NCBI RefSeq assembly: GCF_006345805.1
Contig: NC_043005.1
Coordinates: forward strand, 83,297,001 to 83,330,000
Length of the DNA stretch: 33,000 bases
Source: Octopus sinensis
Lineage: Eukaryota
Direction of reading: 5' to 3'
The translations under genes and the position numbers were made by a program. Each line of letters opens with the position of its first letter. Position 1 is the stretch's first letter. The notes beneath the pieces were generated by a model, which worked only from the letters and a program-made list of their open reading frames with translations, was not told where the DNA came from and ran no database searches. Shown piece after piece: positions 20,881 to 31,003 of the stretch.

Positions 20881-21695
20881 TTCTTTTTATTGTCCATTGA
20901 AGATATGTCCCCAACTGTCGGAAGCCTCCTTATTTTTCCTCCACTGAGCAAAGAACCAGCTTTGTCTCATTTAGCATCATGCTTGTGTTATCTCTAATAA
21001 CTTACATTGAAATATATACGTGGCTCTAGAATATCCACCTATTTATGCACTAATTCAGTGAGTAAACCGATCCACTGATCAGACAATTGGGACAGTCATT
21101 GATGTGTGTTTGCCTGTGAATGTAATCCTGGAAATAACACTTATAACTAAAGATAACCTGAACAATAGATATGTATTGTTTTTGAACTATTCAAATTTAA
21201 ATTTTGGCATTAGTATACAACACTGACAACAGACTGACTTTTAGTATGAAATACTTTCATTCGATTAAACCTATGGTACAATGACACTTGCTCAACAGTG
21301 ACTGAAACGAACAATAAACCTCTTAGTGGCCTTTATTAATTAATTATCTTTACAAAAACTGACAGTTATCATCCATTATGTTTAGTTCAGTGTTAAACAT
21401 TAAAGCTTTTACACAGTCCAAAAAGATGAACACCATGTTGGATTCACTTGTTGTTTTAACTCCAAGTCATCCCTAATCCTGTAGGCTTACAGTCAAATGT
21501 GTACTTTTAGAAATAATGTATGTTTATATAATGTAACTATATTATACAGTTTTCTCTTTTGAAATTGTTGTCAGAGCCTATAAGATGGGGAAGATCAAAT
21601 GGTACACAGGTTGGGCCTTGGAGGTCTTGGGGGTGCCTGCAAATATTTGATAGTTCCCCACCCTGGAGAAAAACTAAAAGACACATATTGCTTTC

Positions 21696-21874
21696 CTTTG
21701 CATTGTTTTACAAAGGTTCTAGTAGCTTATGTGGAATAGTAATAATGCAGGTGTGGGAAGGGTCAGATAGTACAAAGGTTAGGGCTGCCATAAGAGCCAT
21801 GGAGGGGCCCATGAATAACTTTGCATTATTTAACAACAGTTCCAGTAGCTTATGTGAAGAAGTAATAATGCGGT
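21696..21874. repeat. Imperfect 56-bp direct repeat, period 123 bp
   Basis: ctttgcattgttttacaaaggttctagtagcttatgtggaatagtaataatgcagg (21696) versus ctttgcattatttaacaacagttccagtagcttatgtgaagaagtaataatgcggt (21819). Confidence 0.8.
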
Positions 21875-22269
21875 ACACAAGTTTTGTAACTGTGTACTAA
21901 CAAACATGTGGTATTCAACTCTAAAATGACCATAAGAAATCAGTTAAGTAGAAAGAATGCTAATAGTTGCACAAACTCAAATCTAATTTTAAAACATTTT
22001 CAAAGACAAAATACACGAGTGAAATTAAATATAAGATACAAATAACATGTCACTTTAGCATCACCAGACTGATCTAATAACAAGTTGCAGTAAAAGGGAA
22101 GGGTGTATTTGAAAATAAGTTACATTGAACCAAATGCATGAGTGAAATGAAAAATACCATTGCTTTGGTGTTGTGTAAAGAGTTGGATGACAATTTAACA
22201 CTTTAACATTCATATTACTCAACCAAATGTAATGCTTATCTATTCACATTGCTTTGAATTTATCATACA

Positions 22270-22904
22270 CTAGCAGTATCGCCCGGCGTTGCTCGGGTTT
22301 GTAAGGGAAATAACTATATAAGCATTTTTAGAGAGTTATAGCCAAAAAATAGCAAAAAATGCATTGAAAATGGAAAAAATATGATGGTAAATTTTTTTTT
22401 AAATTCGTTGACTCATCGTAGACATTTTTAGAGAGTTACTTCCCTTATATAATAGCGAAAAAATGCATTAAAATGGAAAAAAAACGATGGTAAATTTTTT
22501 TTTAAATCGTAGACTCATGTAGACGTTTTCTTAGCCATTTCTGTTTTGGTGTCTTCAAGCCATGAAGTCGTTGTTCTAAAAGAACGCTGGTCTCCTTGAC
22601 AACGCATTACGACGTTGATTTCCTTACACTCCCTTCCCCACAGGTGCAGGTGTGAGCGTGGATGCCAACTCCGCCGCCATCGACACACGAAAAATTATGC
22701 ATTAAAATGGAATAAAAAATGATGTTAAATTATTTTTAAATCGTAGACTCATCGTAGACGCGCGCTAATACTCAGACGGGCTCGATATGAATCACAACTA
22801 TAAGCTACCCGAATTTGGTTAAACTGCACCGCAAAATGTGGGAGTAGTTAGGAATCTAAATCGAAGGGGACAGACACACACAACTACAGTTTTATATATA
22901 TAGA
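22270..22904 (-). mobile_element. Non-autonomous Helitron (family A), complete, 635 bp
   Basis: Minus strand starts A|TCTATATATATAAAAC (22904) and ends CCCGAGCAACGCCGGG hairpin + 8 nt + CTAG|T (22270). It carries three internal ~65-bp repeats (aaatgcatt..aaaatgg...cgtagactcatcgtagac). Confidence 0.92.
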
Positions 22905-22926
22905 TATACATAGCGCAGTAGTGGTG

Positions 22927-23356
22927 AGATGTGACAGCAAAGAAAAGCATACATTCAGTCTCTGCATGCAATTAGACTCGGAAAGTTCGTGAGGAACCCA
23001 TTGACCCAATTTGCTGACTTTTCCGATAGCACACAGGTCTCAATGAATGGTTGAATGACCAAATCCAAGCTTCTCTGCTAGTTCCTCAACAGTTACGATG
23101 AGATTTTGTTCCACCAGGGTTTTCAGGATGTCCTTGTCGAGTTCTACAGATCTTTCAGGATGAGGCTCGTCTTCTAGGCTGTTCCAATATAGCTTTGAAA
23201 AAAATAGCTGTTAAAATCGAAATGCACTCTTCAAAACTTGCACTATGAATAAGGACAAGATAAAATTACTACCTGCTTTTATAGCAAGTTAATATAAGTA
23301 GTTTATCCCATTCCCCTCTGACTTTTAGTTCAAGCTGTTGAAAAAACCGCATTATT
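22927..23356 (-). mobile_element. Mariner 5' fragment, same family as 31004-32204, internally deleted
   Basis: Aligns to 31615-32190 but lacks ~150 bp spanning the transposase start; partial TIR aaaaaaccgcattatt. Confidence 0.88.
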
Positions 23357-23745
23357 ATATATATATACATACATACATACATACATATACACACACACTC
23401 TCTCTCTCACACACATGCACACATTTATATTCTGTTATTCTTTTATATGTTTCAGCCTTGAGGTTGTGGCCATGCTGGATCATGTGTGTGTGTGTGTGTG
23501 TCTATCTGTCTGTCTGTATGTATATATGTATATGTATGTGTGTGAACAATAATATTTTCAACAGATGTGTTGTAAATGTATCTGATTGTTCTCAAGCTTC
23601 AATACTGTGTGTGTGTGTATGTATGTATGTATGTATATGTATGTATGTATATGTATGTATGTATGTATGTGTGTATGTATGTGTGTGTGTATGTATGTAT
23701 GTGTGTGTGTATGTGTGTGTGTGTGTATGTATGTATGAGTGTATG
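23357..23745. repeat. Compound (CATA)/(TG)/(TATG) microsatellite region
   Basis: Direct reading. Confidence 0.9.
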
Positions 23746-23764
23746 TTTACTTTATTACTAACAC

Positions 23765-24192
23765 AAGCCACTACGGTTATTTAATGTAAAGTCTTCCTCA
23801 AATCACTCTCTCTGGCTATTTACTCTCTTCCAAGAACATTTTCACTCACTCTTATGTGTTAGCTTCCCATACATTTTACTCATGTATCTATCAGCGTGAT
23901 AGAGAGAAACAAATATTAAATCTAGTTTCACTTTATTCGTTGCCCACTGTGTGTGTGCGTTTGCATGTGCTGTAAACCAGACTAAGAAAAGCATTTGACA
24001 CACACACCAGAATGTGAGTTTTCTGTAAATTTTGCTTAATTGGAGTTTAAATTTTAAAAACTGGACCTGGCATGACGCGATGCATTGTACTCTTAAAAAT
24101 GCTAGGTAAATTGTAATTGAAGAAATCCTATATTGTAGATTTGTATAACTCCCAAAGGGAGGCAGATAAAATCTGCCTTTTATAATAAGAGA
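23765..24192 (-). mobile_element. 5' portion of a second non-autonomous Helitron (family B), lacking its own 3' end
   Basis: Minus strand starts A|TCTCTTATTATAAAAGGCAGATTTTATCTGCCT, a Helitron-type TC start followed by an AT-rich run. No hairpin+CTAG terminus was found between 22905 and 24192. Left boundary uncertain. Confidence 0.65.
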
Positions 24193-24607
24193 TTATCTTG
24201 TATCTTTGAGAATTCAATGATGTGATTGTTTATTTTTTGACTGACGTTGTAGGGTAGGTTTGAGAAGCCTGATCCAGTCAGTTTGACCATAAAACAGGTG
24301 GAATATTTGGGCCTGAAAGTAGTAAAGGGTTAAAGATGTCAAAGCACTCGTTATTGTGCTTATGTGTGAGATATTTTTACTATAAACATCAAAGAATCTG
24401 CATCATTTTTGAAGAATAATCCTTGTTGCATCAGCAACTGGTGAAAAGTCTTCATAATGCAACTGAATGCAGCTGTAGTCAGGAACAAAAGAACAATGCA
24501 AGAAACAGAAGCTAAAAGAAAATCAAATGATTTTATATCATTTCTTGAACAGCCAAGCATTTCCTCAGTACTAGCTGTATCAGAAATGAGTAAATTTACT
24601 TTACAAC

Positions 24608-24962
24608 CATGTGATCTTGGATTCAGTCCTTTTGTGTGGTACCTTGGGCAAATATCTTGTATTATTGCCCCAAACTGACTAATGCCATGCGAGTGAATTT
24701 AGTGGATGGAAACTGCATGGAAGCCCATCATGTGTATGTATGTGTGTGTATGTTTATGTTTGTACCCAGCATTGCTTGATGACTGGTGTTAGTTTATTTA
24801 TGTCACTGTAACTTAGTAGTTTGGCAAAAGAAACTGATAGAATAAATGCCAAGCTTAAAAAATAGTAAGTACTGTGGTTGATTTGTTTGACTAAAACCCT
24901 TCAAGACAGTACTCCAGCATGGACACTGTCCAATGACTGAAACAAGTAAAAGATAAAAGATA
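24608..24962 (+). mobile_element. tRNA-derived SINE (family 3), diverged
   Basis: gattcagtcc..gtggtaccttgggcaa...gtgaatttagtggatggaaactgcatggaagccc is shared with 25124-25280; 3' end ccagcatggacactgtccaatgactgaaacaagtaaaagataaaaga. Confidence 0.7.
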
Positions 24963-25123
24963 AGCAACAGTGTATCAAGAGATAAATGTGTCTTTCAAAG
25001 GGGCCAAAAAATCTTTGAGAATAGGAAAACAAGAATAAACAGCAGATGCTACATCAGTGTTGAGCCAGTATCACAATCTAGGTTCCTGGGAGTTTGAAAA
25101 TGTATTAAATCATTTTTTCTTTA

Positions 25124-25280
25124 GCCACAGGCATGGCTATATGGTAAAAAGTTTGCTTTCCAACCACATAGTCCTAAGTTCAGTCCCACCTTAAGCAAGT
25201 GTCTTCTACTATAGCCTTGGGCCAACCAAATCCTTGTGAGTGGACTTGGTAGATAGAAACTGAAAGAAGCCTATCATATA
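25124..25280 (+). mobile_element. tRNA-derived SINE (family 3), 5' half, ending where a mariner begins
   Basis: A-box-like tggctatatggt, B-box-like agttcagtccc, then aagtgtcttctactatagcc..ccttgtgagtggacttggtagatagaaactgaaagaagcc. Confidence 0.75.
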
Positions 25281-26161
25281 TATGAGGAGGTACCCAAAAG
25301 AAACTGGGATTTCAAAATATTATTTTATTCACTTAGTTTTACATGTTTACACTTTTATCCCTTCAAAGTATTCTCCATTTGAAGCATTGCTTTGGTCCAG
25401 ACCTGTTTTCTGCTATTTGAAGCAGTGCTGGAAGTTTTGCTAAGTGATACCTTTTAATACCTCCATCATTCCTTTCTTCATCTTTTCCACCTCTGAAAAT
25501 TCCATAGCACCAGCTTTTGTCAACTGTGATGACCTTCAAAAAAAAGGTCCTGATCAACTTCCAACTGTTCTTTCATTTCGCAACATGCATTCAGTCGTGA
25601 TTGCTTTTGATTTTTCAAGGAGCAAGTGAGGGACAAATTTTGCTGCAACTCTTTACATTTGCAATTCCTCACTAAAAAAATGAATTAGCAGGAGCTCCAG
25701 GACACATCAGTCATATCAACAAGTTTGTCAGTTGTTCGGTGATGGTCCTCCAAGGTCACTTCATGAATTTTCATGATGTTTACATTTGTCTGGGAGATTG
25801 ATGATCACCCTGAATGAGGTTGGTCTTCACACATAAGCTTGTGTTTTGCTCATGGCAGTGTCTTTGTAAGCTGTTTGAAGCATGACAATTGTTTCAGCTG
25901 CCGTTTTCCCCTGCAGAAAACAGAATTTCAAGGAAGAACACTGTTCCTTCTTCTTTTCAACTGTTGCAAAAATCGATGAACAGGTGAGAAGTACAGCAAA
26001 ATAAAGACACACTACATGGCATTACGACCTCACTAGACAATGCTAGTCAGCAGATTGCTGCCTGAGGGTTGCATTAAGTGGCTTCTAGCAGCAAAAGCCT
26101 GAACTACAATGGGCTTGTCCCACAGAGAACAATTCTGGTTACTTTTAGGTACCTCTTCATA
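25281..26161 (-). mobile_element. Mariner transposon, internally deleted (~880 bp), both TIRs present
   Basis: TIRs tatgaggaggtacccaaaagaaac (25281) and gttacttttaggtacctcttcata (to 26161), in TA runs. Peptides KFCFLQGKTAAETIVMLQTAY, RVAAKFVPHLL, KVITVDKSWCYG. Confidence 0.9.
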
Positions 26162-26314
26162 TATATATACAATATACCTTGTCAGTAAGAACTGGCTCAA
26201 CTTCAGCAGATTCCAGACTTAATTCTCTGTCAGTTTATGTGTTTTTGTCATAGAAATCTATGGATGATTTAACAAATTGCCAATGTGTATACAGAAAATT
26301 AATATAGACAGCAA

Positions 26315-26845
26315 GATCATAGCCAGGGCCACTCTGCGTGATCATCACCAGGGTCGCTGATGCATGATCGTTGCTAGGGCCGCTGATGTGTGACTGTAGC
26401 CAGGACCGCTGATGCGTGATCGTTTTCCAGGGCCGCTGATTGGCTCTCCTTCCAGTGGTACATAAAAAGCACCATTTGGGCGTGATTGTTGCTAGTGTCG
26501 CTTTGCTGGCACATGTGCTGGTGGCATGTGAAAAACAACATTCGAGCGTGGTCGTTGCCCATGTCACCAGACTGGCTCCCATGTAGGTAGCACGTAAAAA
26601 ACACCTTTTGAGTGTGGTCATTGCCAGAACTGCCTGACTGACCCTCGTGCCGGTGACACGTGAAAGCACCCACTACACTCTCGGAATGGTTATCGTTAGG
26701 AAGGGCATCCAGCTGTAGAACCCTTGCCAGATCAGATGGAGCCTGGTGCAGCCTTCTAGCTTGCCAGTCCTCAGTCAAACTGTCCAACTCATGCCAGCAT
26801 GTAAAGTGGATGTTAAACAATGATGACGATGGTGATAATGGTGAC
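26315..26845 (+). mobile_element. 5'-truncated RTE copy (3' UTR only) with a variant repeat array
   Basis: About five 26-bp units (gcgtgatcgttgccagggccgctgat), four ~63-bp monomers ending aaaagcacc-like, the terminal module ttaggaagggcatccagctgtagaa...catgccagcatg..gttaaa, and a (GAT)-like tail; homologous to 7485-8397. Confidence 0.88.
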
Positions 26846-26921
26846 TGTAGTTTGCAATGTTCTACCAAAAAGTAAAACTATAATTGTCATGTATATGTGT
26901 ATGCATGTATGTATGTATGTG

Positions 26922-26955
<34 letters not shown>

Positions 26956-27035
26956 ATATAGATCAATAAATGGTGGGGTTATATATATATATATTATATA
27001 TATATATACATATATATGTATATATATATATAATT

Positions 27036-27487
27036 ATTATTTGAGGGAATAAAATCCAAACTTACAAGGAAAAAGAATTCAATTTAGAAATACTAAATCA
27101 AATTCCACACAATATAATATATATAAAATATTAGAAAAAAAACACCTTTTATCAATTCAAAATGAATAATTAAATTACACCATCTAGAAAATTACATATA
27201 ATAGAAAAGTTAAAATTAAAATAACAATTAAAAAGTAAAGATTAAGTAAATTACAAGAATAATGTAATGTATAAAATATTTTATACATTACATTATTCTT
27301 GTAATTTACTTAATCTTTACTTATAAAATATTTTATACATTACATTATTCTTGTAATTTACTTAATCTTTACTTTTTAATTGTTATTTTAATTTTAACTT
27401 TTCTATTATATGTAATTTTCTAGATGGTGTAATTTAATTATTCATTTTGAATTGATAAAAGGTGTTTTTTTTCTAATATTTTATATA
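27036..27487. repeat. AT-rich repeat-family fragment (possibly Penelope-like) folded into a palindrome with 158-bp arms
   Basis: 27120-27277 is the reverse complement of 27330-27487. The start gggaataaaatccaaacttacaaggaaaaa (27045) recurs inverted at 32509-32537. The family assignment is tentative. Confidence 0.8.
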
Positions 27488-28303
27488 CATACATACATAC
27501 ATACATACATACATGATGGCCGTCCACTCGTAACCGAGGAAGACCATTGCTGACTTTCAGGAACATTGTGCGCTCTAGGACTAACTTATATTTTGCATTT
27601 GCGGCTCCGTTGGTGGCTAATGAGCCCTGCTCTTGACAAGCATACACGACTGCAAACATTGCAGACCAAGCTTTCCCCATTCACTATACGAGCCGTGCGC
27701 TTTTGTGCAGCTCGCTTAAGTTCTTCATGCTGGATACGTGCTCTCTCAAAAGTGTCGATCCCCCCCTTAACCTGCTTCCTCCATCTGTGGCGATGACAGG
27801 CATTGTTCTCCCAGTCAGTTTCCTGTATATCAAAAGCCTTTAACGAGGACTTGACACAGTCCTTAAATCGTAGCCTTGGTTTCTGCCGGAGTCTCCTTCC
27901 ATTCACAAGTTCTCCATAGAGCATCTGCTTAGGAATCCTTCTATCCTCCATTCTAATAAGGTGTCCAGTCCAACGCAACCGGTGCTTGTGTACCATCGCC
28001 TCAATACTCAAGATATCAGCTGTCCTCAGGATCTGTGTGTCTGGAATTTTTAAGGTCCAGCCAACATTGAGAATGTGTCTGAGACATCTCCGATGAAAAC
28101 GTTCAAGGACCCTTACCTGACGTTTGTACAGAGTCCATGTCTCACATGAGTAGAGAAGCAATGTCAGTACACAAGCACGGTACACAGCAACTTTTGTTCT
28201 CCTTGCGATGCCATGTTGGGACCAGACACGAGACTGAAGAGACTGGAATGAATTAGTTGCTCTCTGCAACCTGAAAGATATTTCCTCATCCAGGGAGCAA
28301 GAA
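27488..28303 (-). mobile_element. 5'-truncated LINE of a second RTE lineage (BovB/RTE-1-like); ORF remnant with C-terminal C2H2 finger
   Basis: Peptide SLDEEISFRLQRATNSF, TKVAVYRACVLTLLLYSCETW, HRLRWTGHLIRMEDRRIPKQMLYGEL, RLRFKDCVK, CNVCSRVCLSRAGLISHQR (stop at 27586). Flanked on both sides by (CATA)n. Confidence 0.92.
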
Positions 28304-28336
28304 CATACATACATACATACATACATACATACACAT

Positions 28337-28380
<44 letters not shown>

Positions 28381-28548
28381 TATGTGTGTGTGTGTATATA
28401 AATGGATGTGTGTATTTTTCCCTTGTCTACAATTAACACGGAAAAAATAAATAAGCATTTACCAGGGCAGCAAAATATCACACAAGTAATAAGGGCGTAA
28501 CACCCTGTTTGTAAAGGTAGAAACTCCGGGTTGATGTGAAATATTTTG

Positions 28549-28589
<41 letters not shown>

Positions 28590-28625
28590 TGGAGTTAAAC
28601 ACAGGTGTCATTCAAAATCTTTTAC

Positions 28626-28711
28626 TTCTGACATATGTTTTGGAGACAACATTCATATTATTCCAGACGGAATAAAATGGTGTAAAACAATGTAATCTTC
28701 TCATCAGGGAA
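28626..28711 (-). ncRNA. Decayed type I minimal hammerhead ribozyme (Penelope-like element hallmark)
   Basis: Minus strand: UUCC CUGAUGA GAAGAUUACAUU...AAUGUUGUCUCC AAAA C AUAU G UC AGAA. Core CUGAUGA is intact, stem II is about 10/12 paired, stem III is the palindrome ACAUAUGU. GAAA reads AAAA and stem I has one mismatch; both are CG-to-CA changes. Confidence 0.55.
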
Positions 28712-28894
28712 AAAAGGGAAGAAACCAAACTCATCAATAAGACATTTTAACAGAATGTGATGAATGTGTATAATGATGAATGGAACGCTATTAAATTTTT
28801 TTTTAAAAACCATTTGAAGATATAACGTCAAAGGTAGCCTATAGAAAGAGAAGGGGTAAAGGAAAGAAATAAGCAGAAGGTAGTAGAAATAAGC

Positions 28895-29863
28895 AGGTAG
28901 TAGATAGCTTCTGTTATCTGGGTAACCAAGTTATTAGTGGAGGTGGATGCTCTGAGAACATAGCTGCAAGAATAAGAATAGGCTGGGCAAAGTTCAGAGA
29001 GCTCCTACCTCTCCTGGCAACAATGGGCCTCTCCCTCAGCATGAAAGGTAGACTATATGATGCTTGGTTGTGAACAGCTATGCTACATGATAGTGAAACA
29101 TGGGCTGTGATAGCCAAGGACATGTGTAAGCTAGAAAGAAATGAAGCTAATATGCTTCGCTGGATGTACCATGTCAGTGTGCATGTACGACAGAGTGTAA
29201 GCATCTTGAGGGAAATGTTGGGCATCAGAGGCATCAGATGTGATGTGCGAGAGGGACAACTGCACTGGTATGGTCATGTGATGCATATGGACAGGCACAG
29301 CTGTGTGAAGAAGTGCCAATCTCTAACTATGGCAGGAACATATGGTAGAGGTAGACCCAGCTAAACATGGGACGAGGTGGTGAAGTATGATCTTCGAACT
29401 TTGGGACTTACCGAGGCAATGACTACTGACCAAGACCTTTAGTGATATGCCATGCTTGAGAAGACTTATGAAATTGTAGTCATGGTCAATGCTAGTTTCA
29501 CATGACTGGCATCTGTGCCGGTGACATGTAAAAAGCACATTTCAAGCATTGGACCTCACAGAGGCAATGACAAATGTCTGAGACTATTTGGCATTATGCC
29601 ATGCTTGAGAAGAAGACCCATCAAGCCAAATGAAATTTTGTCATGGCCGATACTGGTGTCATGCAACTGGCACCTGTGTCACTGGCATTTAAAAAGCACT
29701 CATTACACTCTCAGAGTGGTTGGCATCAGGAAGGGCATCTAGCCATAGAAACCATGCCAAATCAGACTGGAGTCTGGTGCAGCCTCTCAGCTTACCAGTC
29801 CTGATCAAACCATCCAGTCCATGCCAGCATGGACAACAGATGTTAAATGACGACGACGACGAC
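28895..29863 (+). mobile_element. 5'-truncated degenerate copy of the RTE family at 4316-8397
   Basis: VVDSFCYLG, IRIGWAKFRELLPLL, MLHDSETWAV, QLHWYGHV, GRGRP with stops; duplicated ORF-end/3' UTR unit (29393-29540 and 29541-29700); terminal module and (GAC)n tail. Confidence 0.92.
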
Positions 29864-29869
29864 TTTATA

Positions 29870-30115
29870 TTTTACTTTTTTCAACCATTGGATTGCAGCC
29901 ATGCTGGCAAAATGCCTTAAAGGGATTTAGTCAAATAATTTGACCCCATTACTTATTTTTTCTAATTCTGGACTGGGTGTTGTGTTGTGCCTTTGAGCAA
30001 AACACTTCCTTTCATGTTGCTCTGGTGGATGGGAGAATACCAGAATTGTTGCTCCATCAGCAGAGCTGCTTTACAGTATATCTTCTGGCTCTCTACATTC
30101 TGAGTTCAAATCCCA
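29870..30115. mobile_element. Cluster of old SINE fragments
   Basis: accattggattgcagccatgctgg...tttgaccccattactt (family 3, minus), ttgtgcctttgagcaaaacactt, and ctacattctgagttcaaatccc (family 2). Confidence 0.5.
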
Positions 30116-30410
30116 CCTGCTTGGAGAAGGCAACAAAAAACCACACCAGTATACATCCCAAGTTTAAACACTGATAGCTCTAGTTCCCATAGTTTCCAAT
30201 AGTCCACTTAATGATGGCAGGGGAGGGCATGTACCCTTCCAGGTTGTTTAGGAAGTGCTGGAGAAGGATAACATGCAGAGGACCTGCCCTAGTGCAGACC
30301 ACTACTAGACTCAATATCTATATCCACATACATATAAAAGAAAGAACACAAATGAGATTTTAAATTCTTCTACAGCTCTTTTGGTTGAATTTTATTTTAT
30401 GTATTCATAG

Positions 30411-30458
30411 ATTACATCATAACATAAATCCACAATCTTCAGACAATATTTTAAACAG
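30411..30458 (+). CDS. Candidate 48-nt symmetric (phase 2-2) exon
   Basis: Acceptor ttttattttatgtattcatAG, donor ACAG|GTATAA; only one frame is open (LHHNINPQSSDNILN). No homolog recognised. Confidence 0.25.
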
Positions 30459-31003
30459 GTATAAATAGGTGAGGTAAAACCTTGATGATGACATAGCAAA
30501 CAACATACTGGATAATTAGTATTTTAAAAAAAGAACATTCAAATTTATAGATAAATTAGAGGTATAGGGGCATGTGAGAAGTAAAGAGATTAAATGACTC
30601 CATTATTATAAACAGTTACCTTAATTAGTTTATAGCTATAACCTGCTATGAGGAAGTGCAAGAAACATAGACAAGCTGTAGCCAAAATATGTCCTTAAGG
30701 TCATTAAAACCAGGAAGTGTACTCACTCACTTAGTAAGAGTATGTCTGGTAGGGATATTTGCTAGCTATTTCTAGCTGGTTGATGGACTATGCAAATTTC
30801 TCATCAAACTTCGATTGTATCTACATAATCAAATCCCTTTATCTGAATTAATTTTGAAAACTCTTGCCTCTCACAAAACAGAAACATTTCTTGTGGCTCC
30901 AGCAGACAAAATGGAAAAGGCATTGCACCATATATACACACACATATATACAAACACGCACACATGTATACATATGCATGCTTGTGCATGCACACATATA
31001 TAA

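Larger units (their letters stand above)
22199..24329. mobile_element. piggyBac-type MITE split into 22199-22269 and 24193-24329 by a 1.9-kb insertion
   Basis: TTAA at 22195-22198 and 24330-24333; ends cactttaac and agtaaaggg (reverse complement ccctttact). Rejoined halves read ...gaatttatcataca|ttatcttgtatctttgag..., which matches my recollection of a common octopus MITE (unverified). Confidence 0.6.

Noticed and set aside
24360-24678. ORFs on both strands, one with a hydrophobic stretch, and a strong minus-strand acceptor near 24478
   Set aside because: No consistent donor or recognisable homology; the plus-strand ORF runs into a SINE. Too weak to call.
28814-28847. TTGAAGA-TATA...TATA-GAAA, a variant hammerhead core
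   Set aside because: No stem III, cleavage triplet or stem I partner downstream.
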